Shown here in pieces: positions 45,041-62,909 of a stretch of DNA of 64,000 bases. This stretch comes from the human T2T-CHM13v2.0 reference genome, Homo sapiens, in NCBI RefSeq assembly GCF_009914755.1, contig NC_060945.1; one strand, given 5' to 3'. Each line of letters begins with the position of its first letter. The first letter of the stretch is position 1. The position numbers and the translations under genes are program-made. Below the pieces are notes generated by a model. It was not told the origin of the DNA. It saw only the letters and a list, made by a program, of their open reading frames with translations, and made no database searches.

Positions 45041-47741
45041 AAAAGGCCAAATAAGCAAATTACTTAGCTATACCTGTTTTTTCTTAAAATGTACACAGAA
45101 TGACCAAACTAGACAGGGTAAAACCCAAAAATGCCTTTCAGAAGAGCCGATGTTCACAGCACCATCTACCAATTTATAACTCAACAGAGACCAATTCAGT
45201 GGCTGGTAAGCACATTGTAGCTGAAAGCTGTACCACCTGGAAATAATACACATTAGTTCACAGGCCCCAAATGACTTCCAGATATTGACTTTTGTTAATA
45301 TCTGGAAATGATGAGGACTCTAAACTTAGGAATTTGAACATTATCTAGATACAGTTTGTCTTGAAAACATACTTCCTTCATTAGGACAATTAATTGTAAT
45401 GCAATGTCTTAAAATTATCTTACAAGATCCCTAATGATAACTTTCCTATCTAGAGTTACTAAAGCTTTGACTGGAAACTGGTTAGAAACCCCATCATGTC
45501 TGAAGATTTCTTTTCAGCCAATACTTATGTGAAAAAGGGATCGGGCCACCAAAATGCACAGTAACACTCTGTAGAACTTTTAATAACAAACAAGGGAGAA
45601 CCACACCCAGAAAGTGAGGATTTGCTCTCACTCATCATGCAACATTTACTGAGCATCTTCTCTGTCCTGGACTCCACACTCTCCAGAAGTTTACAGGAAA
45701 CGGGAGAGAGACAAACAAAGCAACTAGTGAACAAAGTGTGGTACAAGCTTCACAGCTTCCTCTCCACACTTAGTTCTAAAAGGCTGCTATTGTCTTAAGA
45801 CATTTTGTGGAAACACTTCTAGAAGCATCTTCGAAAAATGCAATCTGCACTGTGACTATTCCAGACGAATTCTTTGGAAAACGGGAGCTTGTGGGTGGCT
45901 CCAACCTGCAGATGCAGCCACACAGCTACTCCACAGAGAAATGGGACGATACCATCACCCTCATTTGCCCACAAAGGTGAGCTGGTTTTCCTGCAGAGCT
46001 CAGAGCTGCTTCTGAAGTCATCTGCACAAAGAACCCAGAAACTTTCACAAGCCATACTCTCACTGATGACATTCAACTGGTAACACCTGGGGAAGATGCT
46101 GGGCAGGATAAACCAACAGTAACTTCGAGAAACAGGAACCACATAGAGCCCAAACTCCAAGAGGCATTTCTGTAACCCTCTACCCTGTGCCTGGATGAGA
46201 AAACCTTGCTGAGCCACTGTTCTCCCACACATGCCAAATATTCTCTGGCCCATTGACAGTGAAATGCACTGTGTCAGTTACCTCAGCTTAGTAAAAGCAG
46301 AGGTGTTCTCATCACAGACACTACACCCCAACTGGAAATCCAAGGAGAGGGTTATCCTGAGAACCAAGTGACCATTCAGGAATGTGGGTAGCTCCCACCC
46401 CAGAGGCCTCTCTCCTCACTCGGGATGAAGAACCACCTTAAACTCTGGGCCTTCTGCCATCCCCTTCAATAACACCTCCAGCAGGTCTGACCTGAGAAGC
46501 CGCTAGTGTAGATGTGAAAAGGCCTTTCATGGCCTACTCAAGGACTGGTAAAATCATAGGCAGCGTGGGCAGTGAGGAAAAAAAATAACCCGGCCTCCAT
46601 AAGGAAGTACAAAAAAAGGAAGGGAAACTTTAAACGCTGGAGAAATCCACAAGTCTAATAAAAAAAATAATAATTGCAGTTGCCTAAGTGTTACCAAGTA
46701 TCAAGGAGGATGGAAACGCCAGGGTCATGTCACAGCAGCGGAGAAAGAGGAGCCGTAGAAAGGAGACTCTGGGCCCTCCACATGCAGCTCAGTGCCAGGA
46801 CAGCGCTCAGGGCCCCCCGCAATCCCAAGGTCCAGGCACAGCACAGATCCTGCCCACACCAGGCCCTGGGAGCACAAGCCTGGGTGACCAGTGGCCGGAG
46901 GGGAAGGAAATGGACTGAGGTGGTGACGAAGGGGGACACTCCTGACACATGTCATTCCATGGCTGAATGACTAAGGAGAAATACACAGAGATGAAACAGA
47001 CAGAACCCTGCCAGGGGCATGCCACCAGCTGACTGCACTGAACTGCCGCAGCCTTGGCTGACAGAGCTCACCCTGCACACAGTTCTGTCAAGTGGCCATC
47101 TCCAGCAGACACCTGAGAGGCTGATGGGAATGGGGAAAATTACCCATGAGGTATGGCTAAGACTGAAAAGCTATGACCACTACAGTAAACAGAATCCAGT
47201 CATCCTGCTGGCAGCACCAACCACCTTGAGGGGCCTCCAAGGTCAGCTGGTGTGTCTGGCCACCATATGCTGGAAGTTCCTAGATTTGGAGAGTTAAAAA
47301 CAGGGTCTTCACAAAAAAAGGCAGATAAACTAGGAACAGCCCGAAACCATATGGCTGGGGAGGCTATGCCACTGAAAAAACTCACAGAGGCTGAGTCACA
47401 ACAATGTCCCATGTACAACCCTATGAATGTTTGCCACAAAAGACATGGACATGTGGCCCAATAGCAGAATCCAGTCTGATCCACCACTGACCTGCAGGGC
47501 CCACAGGGATTTCTGGGGGAGGCAAAAAGAACACACCATGAGCCAGCTCTGCATTCTGGGAAAATGCAACATGTCATGGTAAACGCAGGCTGGCTAGTGG
47601 TTTGAAAGGGCAGCCGTGGCCTGGGAAGACAAAAGGCTAAACAGGAGCCAGTGGAGCAGGAGCGCTGGAAATACTGGAGCAAGAAATGACAGGCAACAGG
47701 GCACATCCCAGAGGAAGGCTCAACACAGAGGCAGGAGGATT

Positions 47742-49470
47742 ACACACACACACCACAGCACACACCACACACCACACACCACTCACCACTCACACACATC
47801 ACACATACCACACACCACTCACACACATCACACACACCACACACACCATGCACAAACCACAAACACACCACACACACACACATCACGCACACACCACACA
47901 CACACCACACAGCACGCACACCACACACACACCACACACACTACACACACACCATACACACCCCACACACCACACCACACACACACCACGCACACAACAC
48001 ACACACAACACACAGCACGCACACCATACACACACACACCACACACTACACACACTATACACACCCCACACACACACCACACACACCATACACACCCCAC
48101 ACACATTGCACACACACCAATATACACACACCACCATACACACATCACACATACCACATCATACACCACACAATCATACAGCACACACACCACACACACA
48201 CCACACACACACACCACCACACACCACACACACACTACACACTGCACTCACACGCATCTCAGACACCACATACACCACACACACACCACTCACACACCAT
48301 ACGCACACCACTCGCATGCCACACCACACACATGCCACACTACACGCCACACACACCACCCACATCGCACACCACACACACCACACATCACACACACCAC
48401 ACCCACACACCACATACACACCATACACTACACACCACACACATCACACACACACCACAAAGACACATCACATACCACAGACATCACACACCATACACCA
48501 CACACACACTACACACCACACACACATCACACATCACACCACACACATCAGACACCACACACACATCACACACACCACATACCCACCACACACACACCAG
48601 ACACCACACACATCACACGTACCACATAACACAACACACATACATCACACACATCACACACACACCACACAGATACCACACACACATCAGACACACCACA
48701 CACACACCAGCTGACTGCACTAATTGCCCCAGCCTTGGCTGACAGAGCCCACACACCCACACCACACACATACCAGACACACACCACACACCACGCACCC
48801 ACATCACACACCACAGATCACACACACATCACACCCCACACACAACACACCAGCTGACTGCACTAACTGCCCCAGCCTTGGCTGAAAGAGCCCACAAACA
48901 CACATCACCCACCCCCCGACACACACACCACACACACACCACACATTCCCCACACCACACACACACTCCAACACACACACATACACACACCCCCACATAT
49001 GCAGCCCACACACCCCCACACGCCACACCCACACACACACCCACACATATCCCCCCACGCACCTCCCACAAACACACATACCCCATACCCTCCACATGTA
49101 CATACACACCACAAACATCCCCCAACATACACATACCACACACACACATCCCCCTCACATAGCCACACACACCATGCATACCACACCCACATCTCCACCC
49201 ACACACAAAATACACACATCCCAATCCCTCATAGTCCCACATATACAAACACACCACAGTCACACACATCACATGACACCCACCTCCCCCCAACATATAT
49301 ACACACACACCACACACATTCCCTCACACTCACACCATAAACATGCCCCACACAAACGCATACACACCATACACCCCAAAAAATACCCACATACACATAC
49401 ACCACACCCAAATACATCCTCATTTCCCCACGCCCCGCCACATATACACACCCACACCACACACACACAT
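47742..49470. repeat. ~1.7-kb imperfect CA-rich low-complexity field ((CACAC/CA)n)
   Basis: Directly visible; it generates the His/Thr-rich and Cys/Val-rich ORFs in the ORF track. Confidence 0.97.
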
Positions 49471-49577
49471 CCAGGCCATACGTGCCTCTGACACGTGAGA
49501 AGAAAAAGCAAAGGGGAGTGGAATAAACAAGGGAGGGCCAAGCTGAGGCGGCCACACTCACACCCTTGACTCTGTGC

Positions 49578-49685
49578 AGCAGGAAGTAAAGCCGCCTGCC
49601 GGGACACCCACCTACCAAGGAAGAGCAGAGCAGGAAGTAAAGCCGCCTGCCGGGACACCCACCTACCAAGGAAGAGCAGAGCAGG
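49578..49685. repeat. Perfect 51-bp tandem duplication
   Basis: agcaggaagtaaagccgcctgccgggacacccacctaccaaggaagagcag occurs twice (starts 49578 and 49629). Confidence 0.95.
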
Positions 49686-50470
49686 GAGGCCGTGAGGATC
49701 ACACCCGAGGTCTGCCTCCACCAGTGTGGAAATGAGTGGGAGCTGAGAAAGGACATAGAAGAGGATTCCAGGGTGCTGGAAACCGGGAGAAATGACGAGA
49801 GTCCGTGCACACAAGAAAGCTTCTTCCCAAACCTCACTCAACAGCCCCAGCTGTAGGAACAGAGAAGAAGGATGGCTGGGCTGATCCAAGGTTGAAAGCA
49901 TCAGGAAATGTGATGCACACTGGGGCTGGGTGAGCTGGAGGGAGGGGAGGCCATGGAGGCAATGGTGTGAGCAGGAGGAAAGAGGAGGGAGGAGGAGCAG
50001 GAGGTCTTGCAGTTTAGAGGGAACAATGGTAGGAAAAGGAGGCAGGGAGGAGAGGAGGTATGGCCTGAGTGCTACAGCAATGTTTACCAGACAGTCCACC
50101 TGATGACAATGTGCAGGGTCTGGCCCAAGGCAGACTACTGCCACAGTGAAGGGCACAGCAAATCTTGGGAGCTGAGAAAGGCAGGTGGCCTTGAAATTAG
50201 ATTGTTGAATGAATCACCCCTAAACATGTTCAAGTCATTCAAGATAGCAGGAAATGGGGAGGGGGACACCAACAAGCCAGTACTCAGTGAACAAGGGAAA
50301 TGCCTGGATGGTCAGAAAAGTACAGTGATGAGAAAGGCTGGATGTGAAGAGAGCAACTGGTTGCTTGAATTTTCAAGGAGGAAAAAAATTCGCATGAGAT
50401 TGGAAGAGAAACAGCCTTTTAAAAATGAGCATTCTGGGACATTTCATTAAAAATAAAAATGGGCAGCTAG

Positions 50471-52996
<2,526 letters not shown>

Positions 52997-53429
52997 AAAA
53001 ATGGGCAACTAGGAAAAAAATAACCCCATCTCTGGGTCTAAGGTACTAACTGCTGAAAATGAGTGACCTTCGATCATGAAAGTGGCAGTGAAAGTGTAGT
53101 TCCCCAGAGAGAGGCAAGCTATACACAAGGCAGGGGGAGGCCAGGAAGAAAAGAGGCTGATTTATAGTATGAGAAAGGTCTTGGGGCTCCAGAGGACTCA
53201 AGGGTGGGCGTTAGTGAAGTGGGGGAGGTGAAAAGAGGGGAGAAGAGTGCCTTGGAGATGTGGTGAGACGGAACAAGCCATGAGCATGTTGGAAGGCAGC
53301 CAAAGATCCCAGGGGGAAGGCCCCTCTCAGGCTGGTGCATGCTGAGATCCCGAGTCAGGATAGAGGGTAAACACGCGGCTTTGCTCAGTGGCCAAATGGA
53401 AGACTGCCAAGAAAGTCAGTGAATGGCTC

Positions 53430-53532
53430 TGAAGGCAATTCTCCCCATCTCCCACTGCAATCAACAAGAGCTCACCAGGACCCAAAGGCACAGAGCTCCA
53501 GGGACTGGAACCGGAGAGGCTAGAAGTGACCC
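53430..53532 (-). ncRNA. MIR6070: Annotated miRNA locus mir-6070 (mature sequence at about 53496-53514)
   Basis: Reverse complement of 53496-53514 is CCGGTTCCAGTCCCTGGAG, matching the mature miR-6070 sequence as I recall it. Intronic and in the same sense as HSF2BP. Precursor ends are from memory and the hairpin was not verified. Confidence 0.6.
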
Positions 53533-53850
53533 AGCCCTCACACACAGCTTTGCCTTGGAAGTTGAAGGGGGACTTTAGCTGGCCCATAAATATGGACCTT
53601 GTACAGACCACAGAAGCAAAAGAGGCAATGGATTAGTATCCAGAACACACAAAGACCTACAGCAGATCACTAAGAAAAATGCAGCCCAACAGGAAAGTGG
53701 GCACAAGACACAGACAGGTGACTCAAAGGAAAAACTGGAATGGTACAAACATGTGAAGAGCCTCAACCTCACTGGCAATCTAAATCTGAAGGAAGGGAGA
53801 GAAGGACAAAGACAGACAGATGATAGGTGGATGATAAAAATACTCTTTAA

Positions 53851-54202
<352 letters not shown>

Positions 54203-54581
54203 TTAGAGGAATATAATAAATAGCAAAGTGCTGACAAGGACGTGGGAAACACGAACACTGACATGGTGCAGGTAGAAATGTACACTATGGTGACCAATTT
54301 GGCAGTATCTTATCAAATTGAAAATGTCCATGTACTACTTCTCAAATATTTCCTCTGGGAAAACTCCTGGAGAACTCTCAGACAGGTTAGCAAAGAGTTT
54401 ATCAAGGATGCTCACTACGGCATTATATTTGTCAAGTAAAACCCGAAAGTAACTTAAATGCCCATCAGTCAGGGAAGGATAATCCAAATATTACATCTCC
54501 TTTGATGCAAGGTACTTAAAAGGAATGAACTAGATCCACAAGCAATTTGTAAAATTATACCCCCAAACAAAACCATCTATG

Positions 54582-54816
<235 letters not shown>

Positions 54817-55913
54817 TTACACTGTATTATATGTATTATGTATGTATAGATATTTGTTAGCACAAAATATTAAAATGGACTAGAAAGCTTGGTTCTGGAT
54901 AAGATGGCCTGAACACACCCTCCAGTCTCGCTTCCACTGAATGCAGCTATAAATTCCAAAGAGAATACATGAAGCAGCTATTTGAGGACTCTGAAAAGTA
55001 AACAGTAGCAGGCAGATAGGGGAAGAAGATCAAAATTTTAAGAACCACTAAACCAGCAGAGAGTTTACCACTTTTTCCTTTAGTGTCCCTGGCCTGGACT
55101 CGAGGGAGCTCCAAAACCCAAAAGTAGCCCTGAGCCACACAGAGAGCACCAGGAGAAGGTCTCTAGTGAGGCTCAAGGAGTGGGAAAGGGGTCTCCTGCC
55201 AGCAACCAAGCACGGTAGCAGTGGGGACATCCCCCAGGTAACTCAAACTCTGGGGGAAAGGAATTTTTTCCTTACACCTGAAAGCTCTAAGAGCTTCTCA
55301 ACTCCTGCCGCAGGGCGGGATGAGGGCAGAGTTGCAGGCACTTGGACACAGCAGGGTATATGAAGCCCCAGCATTCCAGGTGGGGGACTGAAAAAGGCAG
55401 TCCCAGGTAACTAAAGTGTACCCAGAGAGTTAACAGCTCAGAAAAGTGACCCCAAAAAGTTGTTTATAAATTCCTGGCCTCATCCCAAGTTGTGCCTGTG
55501 TGGATCTGATCATAAACAGTATCTGAAAGACTCTGAACCTAAGATCCAGACCACCCAGGTCTCAGACTGGCCACTGGGCGGCACTCACGAGGGGCAGTTC
55601 CAATAGCACTGTAAAGACTCTGAAAACAGGACGACACACTGAAACCAAACAGAGAAAAGGCTGGCTGGAATCTGACCCAAAGGGGTTGACTGCCTGTGAA
55701 AATATAAACACCAGCATTTCCCAAGGATTTAAACAAGACCAGTGATCACGTAAATGTCCAGGATAAATCCAAAATTACTTGGCATATGAAGAAACAGGAA
55801 AATCTCAACTCTCATGGGAAAAAACAATCAAGAGACACCGAGGCCAGGATGACACAGGTGTTGGAAGCACCTGGCACAGACTTTACAGAAGCTCTTACTT
55901 TTTAAAAGTGCTA

Positions 55914-56263
<350 letters not shown>

Positions 56264-56410
56264 TCAGGAGGCTGAGGTGGAAGGATTATTTGAACGCCTA
56301 GGAGTTTGAGGCCAGCCTAGGCAAGGTCTGTAGAGACTCGGTCTCTTTAAAAAAATAATTAAAAAATAAAGATGCTCTAAGAAGTCAAAGGCAACACTCA
56401 GAACGAACAG

Positions 56411-57076
56411 TGTGAGTGGCAGAATCCTACACTGCCCCTCTCCCCAAGATTTCCTGCCCTAATCTCTGGGACTATAAATTATCACACGCTGATTATGTCA
56501 TTGCCTGGAAAAGAGGATTCTGTAGATGTAATTAAGGTTACTAACCAGCTGACTCAAGAGTTAATCAAAAGGAGTTTATCCAGGTATGCCTCATCTAAAC
56601 ACACAAATCTATAAGAAGCAGAGTTTTTGCCTTCTTGAAGTAAACTTTTTAACAAAAGAATAAAAGCAGAGAGAGTTTCATCTTGCTGGTAGCAGAAGAG
56701 GAAGTCTCAGAGACTGGAAACGTGGGAAGGATTCAATGAGCGACTGTGGCTTGAAGATGGGGTCCCTGTGAGAAGCAATGCAAGCTGCCTCAGCAGCTGA
56801 CCCACAGCTGACCAGCCAGCTGGGAAACAGGGAACTCGCTCCTAGAAACCAAGACACTGGACTCTACCAGCCACTTCAAAGTGCCCAGAAGCAGATTCCT
56901 CCCCTAGATTCTCTGAAAAGATCCCACCCTGGAAAACACCTCACTTTTGACCTATGCAGAGAACCTCTCAAACCCACTCAGACTTCTGACTTGCCAAACT
57001 ATGAAATAATAAATGGTGTTGTTTTAGCCACCAAGTTGGTGATAATTTGTTACATAAAAATAGAAAACAAATACAG
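56411..57076 (+). mobile_element. MLT1 (E-like) LTR
   Basis: tgtgagtggcagaatcc…gatgtaattaaggttactaaccagctgac…atagaaaacaaataca. Confidence 0.75.
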
Positions 57077-57373
57077 ATTTTAGTAGCTGGAAGACAGATA
57101 CCTATTTAAATTCATTTTGACATACCCATGAAGTACCATGTGATAATACTGGGACTCACTGATTGCTCTAAGGTGAGAACATTCCTTCCTTAAATTTATT
57201 TTCTAAAATGCTATTTAAGAGACAGTGCACGCCCTTAACTTCTCCAGGAATTTATTTCTTCTAGTTTTTAAAACTACCACCAAAATTAACTGTGTTTACT
57301 TGAAGAGAGGCCCAATCAGCACAGTCTAATTAATATGTAAATAGAATTAACTTTTTAACATTATCCACCATAC

Positions 57374-57491
57374 ACTTTGAGTTTGGTACACTGTCCTGGC
57401 TTCAAGTCTCCCAGAAGCTGCAATATGGTGTCCAAGAGCACCCGGCTTGAATTAACCAAGAATTCACGACCACATGCTATAGCAGCAACAT
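57374..57491 (-). CDS. HSF2BP: HSF2BP (MEILB2) internal coding exon, 118 nt (probably exon 7)
   Basis: Minus strand: tttcattttctgttgcag|AT GTT GCT...AAA GT|gtatgg. Translates (N)VAAIACGREFLVNSSRVLLDTILQLLGDLKPGQCTKLK(V), which matches recalled HSF2BP. Ends in phase 2, matching the next exon. Confidence 0.93.
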
Positions 57492-57628
57492 CTGCAACAG
57501 AAAATGAAACAAAACATCAAGATCATTATGACTCAGAACCTAGACAATTTTGTGCAGAACAGAGTATTTTCTCCTAAAAGACCTAATGAAAACACAGCTG
57601 AAAATGAGGCATTTATAAATGAAATTGC

Positions 57629-57924
<296 letters not shown>

Positions 57925-58171
57925 TTATCAACAAAAATGACAGCTCAGAAAGAATCACTGACAACCACAAGAGTTACTGAAATATCAAGTAATGTGCAGT
58001 GTGATTAGCAAGCGCCGAAAGAGTGAAACAGAGCCCTGGAATCTAACCAAGTCTGCGGTCACTATGCTCCAGAGTGCTGCATTAAACAGCTGTGGGCAGT
58101 CAGGGTCCAAACATAAGGTGGGGGCTGATTATCTTATCTGGGACTGAGGATGTGAAAATTCACTTTTAATG

Positions 58172-58382
58172 GCATCCGTAATCTGAAAACCCAAAATCCA
58201 AAATGCTCCAAAATCTAAAAATTTTTGAGCACTGACAAAGATGCACAAAGGTCATGCTCACAGAGCATTGCAGATTTCAGATTTTTGAATTAGAGTGTTG
58301 AACCAGTAGGTATAATGCAAGTATTCCAAAATCCAAAACACTTCTGGTCCCGGGCATTTCAGATAAGGAATATTCAATCTAT
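58172..58382. mobile_element. Tigger4/MER46-like DNA transposon
   Basis: aaaatccaaaatgctccaaaatc…cacttctggtcccgggcatttcagataagg. Confidence 0.7.
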
Positions 58383-59639
58383 ATTTGCTAATAACTTTTA
58401 GCCATGATACAAACTGAAATTATATGTAGTCAAAAAAGAGTATGAAAATGGATTTTGAAGAAAACTTATTTTCTCAATTTTATGTCCCATTGTGGAACAG
58501 CAAGTATCCCATTTCTTCATGCCTGAGGCCCTGCGAATCGGCCTGAAGACCAGACCGAGTAATTACACTGCTCCCAATGGGCAGTGCTGCAGCCATTACT
58601 GGCTCCATCAACATTTCCAAATACCTCGAAGTATCCAATGATCCAAGTGCATTTATGTATGTGTTTGTTAAGAGTTTTCTTTAGTTGGGTCTGACAGTAA
58701 AGCATGATTCAAACTGACTAAGATTTCTAAGCCAAATGACGAGACCAAGGTGGAAAAGAGATGGGGCAGCAGCACTGCCTTGCTCCTGATTTTAATGGAA
58801 ACGCTTCTAAAAATTCACAGTTAAGTGTGATGTCTGATCTGTTTCTGGTAGATACCCTTTATCAGTTTAAAGAAGTCTTCTTCTATTTTTGGCTTGCTAA
58901 GAATTATCAAAAATGGAAGCTGAATTTTATCACTTATTTCTTCTGCCTTTGACTGGATGTAATCTGATGGCAGAATATAAAATTTCATGTTACCCGGCCA
59001 GCTTCATGAACTCAGATCTTTGACATTACTATTTACTTTTGTTCACCTGGTCTCAGATGGACCACAAGAGGGATAGTAAAGTCTACTAAACCTAACAGAT
59101 GTTTCCCCCTTTCTACTTGTCTTTGCAGCATTTTAACTATATCATTGGTGCAGTGTCTTCAAGTACACGCTTTGATGACAGCCATAACTTTATTGACAGA
59201 ACCTTTCAATGACATAAACTTACCTTCTTTGGTCAATGAATTTTAACCTGATAGGTACATTTTCCAGAATATGACACATTCTAGTTTTACTAAGGAAATA
59301 TTTTAGGAGAAAAACAAAGCAAGTAAGCATTTGGCATCAGAAACACATAAAAGATAGCTTTTAGGTAGCTTTTCAGGGGAAAGCATTATTCATGTAAATA
59401 ACTTCAGATAATATACTGAAACCCAGCAGAAACCCAGATGTTGGAGAGCAGCAACAGCAAACTGTCCCTGCCAAACCTGACCAAACTGTAGACCCATGAT
59501 CAAGATAAATGTTAAGACTTTATATTTTGAGGAGGTTTGTTACACAGCAATAGAAAATAGAAACATTACTAATACATCGCTGAAGAAAAAAAAAATATAT
59601 ATATATATATATATCATAGCAAGCAACATAGAACTATTT

Positions 59640-60754
<1,115 letters not shown>

Positions 60755-61215
60755 TTACTAATACATCGCTGAAGAAAAAAAATATATATATATGTATCTC
60801 ATAGCAAGCAACAATGCCCAACACAACAAATGTACTGGTAAATGAAGTCTGTATCATATATCTAGTATTTTAACTGCAAATGCCAATGCTGCATTTCATT
60901 AAATATCACTAAAACATGAACTACAAAGTAAAATAAATGTGAATAAATTCCTACACAGCTTCAGTATTTGTCAATCTGTTGGAATTTCTTTGTTTTACAT
61001 GGTAATTTGTACTTTGCTTACTGATATTTAATCTATCTAGAATGCCTGTGAGTCAATTCAAGGCCTACAGAATTGACTTTGTTACCATCTACCAAAACTA
61101 AAAAACTGCCAGTTAATTTTTCTGTTAAAATGATTTTTCTAGGTTCATTTTTCATTAAAAGTGCTTATAGGTAATTCTAGAGATTAGTATAGTAATTACA
61201 TAATTCAAGAAATGG

Positions 61216-61813
61216 GGCCAGGTACGGTGGCTCCCACCTGTAATCCCAGTACTTTCAGAGGCCAAGGCGGGTGGATCACCTGAGGTCAAGAGTTTGAGAC
61301 CAGCCTGGCCAACATGGAGAAACCCCATCTCTACTAAAAATACAAAAATTAGCCAGGTGTGGTGGCATGCACCTGTAATCCCATCTACTCAAGAGGCTGA
61401 GGCAGAAGAATCACTTGAACCCGGGAGGCAGAGGCTGCAGTGAGCTGAGATGGTGCCACTGCACTCCAGCCTGGGCAACAGAGCAAAACTCAGTCTCAAA
61501 CAAAAAAGGAAATAAATCTGGGCCAAGCATAGTGGCTCACACCTATAATCCCAATACTTTTGGAGGCCAAGGTAGGAGGATCACTTGAGTCTAGAAGTTT
61601 GAGATGAGTCTTAGGCAACATAATGAGACCCCATCTCTACAAAAATAAAAATAAAAATTAGCTAGGTGTGGTGGCTCATGCCTATAGTCCCAGCTACCCA
61701 GGCTGAGGTGGGAGGATTGCTTGAACCCGGGAGTTTGAGGCTACAGCGAATTATGATCAGGCCACTGTACTCCAGCCTGGGCAATTAAAGTGAGACCCCA
61801 TTTAAAAAAAAAA
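61216..61813 (+). mobile_element. Two adjacent Alus (AluS 61216-61510; AluJ 61521-61813)
   Basis: Two Alu dimers, head to tail. Confidence 0.88.
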
Positions 61814-62198
61814 AGAATCTGGTGTCAATTATTTGTGCTGAAAAGGATATACAGAGTTGAGACGTACTATGTCTGATACTTTTGCTTTAGACTGTAATAG
61901 TTTCATCTTATTTTGAGCAAAAAAAGTAATAATAGGGTATTGGCAGAATGATAGACATATAAATCAATGGTAGAATTGAGAGTACAGAAATAAATCCTCA
62001 CATTTATGGTCAACTGAATTCCAACAAAGGTGCCAAGACAAATCAATGGAGAAATGATAAAAGAATAATCTTTTGAACAAATGGTGCTAAAACAACTGGA
62101 TATCCACATGCAAAGGAAGGAAGTTGAATACCTACCACACACCATATACAAATATTAACTCAAAATGGATCAAAGATCTGAATATAAGAATTAAAGCT

Positions 62199-62515
62199 GG
62201 CCGGGCGCAGTGGCTCACGCCTGTAATCCCAGTACTTTGGGAGGCTGAGGCGGGCAGATCACGAGGTCAGGAGATCAAGACCATCCTGGCTAGTATGGTG
62301 AAACCCCGTCTCTACTAAAAATACAAAAAAAAAAAAAAAATTAGCCAGGCGCGGTGGCAGGTGCCTTAGTCCCAGCTACTCAGGATGCTGAGGCAAAAGA
62401 ATGGCGTGAACCCGGGAGGCAGAGCTTGCAGTGAGTGGAGATCGCACTGCTGCACTCCAGCCTGAGCGACAGAGCAAGACTCCGTCTCAAAAAAAGAAAA
62501 AAAAAAAAGAAAAAA
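62199..62515 (+). mobile_element. AluY inside an L1M fragment (~61920-62905)
   Basis: Y diagnostics; aattaaagct on both flanks. Confidence 0.9.
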
Positions 62516-62662
62516 TTAAAGCTATAAAATTCTTTATTTATTTTTTTGAATCTTACGCTGTCACCTGGGCTGGAGTGCAGTGGCACAATCGCAGCTCACT
62601 GCACCCTCAACCTCCTGAGTAGCTGGGACTACAGGCCTGCACCGCCACACCCAGCTAATTTC

Positions 62663-62808
62663 ATACTTAACAGACTAAAGTACACTGTAAACACAACTTT
62701 TATATATGCTGGGAAACCAAAAAATTCATGTGACTCACTTTATTGTGCTATTTGCTTTACTGCAGTAATCTGGAACCAAACCTACGGTATCTCTGAGGTA
62801 TGGCTGTA
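62663..62808 (+). mobile_element. Tigger1 3' end, preceded by an antisense Alu fragment (62533-62661)
   Basis: gggaaaccaaaaaattcatgtgactcactttattg…tctctgaggtatggctgta. Confidence 0.75.
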
Positions 62809-62909
62809 TTTCAAAATCATATCTCTGATAAGGTACTAGTATATTACAAATACCTCTTACAACTCAGTAACAGAAAGGAAAATAACCCAATTAAAATATG
62901 GGCAACAAG

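Noticed and set aside
47023-48895. CRISPR-like repeat-spacer interpretation of the 48-bp motif
   Set aside because: Only three copies, very unequal low-complexity spacers, no cas genes, and a primate genomic context.
47616-49491. Long His/Thr-rich and Cys/Val-rich ORFs (up to 342 aa)
   Set aside because: Artefacts of the CA-rich low-complexity field, which is depleted of stop codons in several frames on both strands.
49269-50450. 295-aa and 147-aa ORFs next to the CA field
   Set aside because: They overlap low-complexity and L2-like purine-rich sequence, with no recognisable domain or exon structure.
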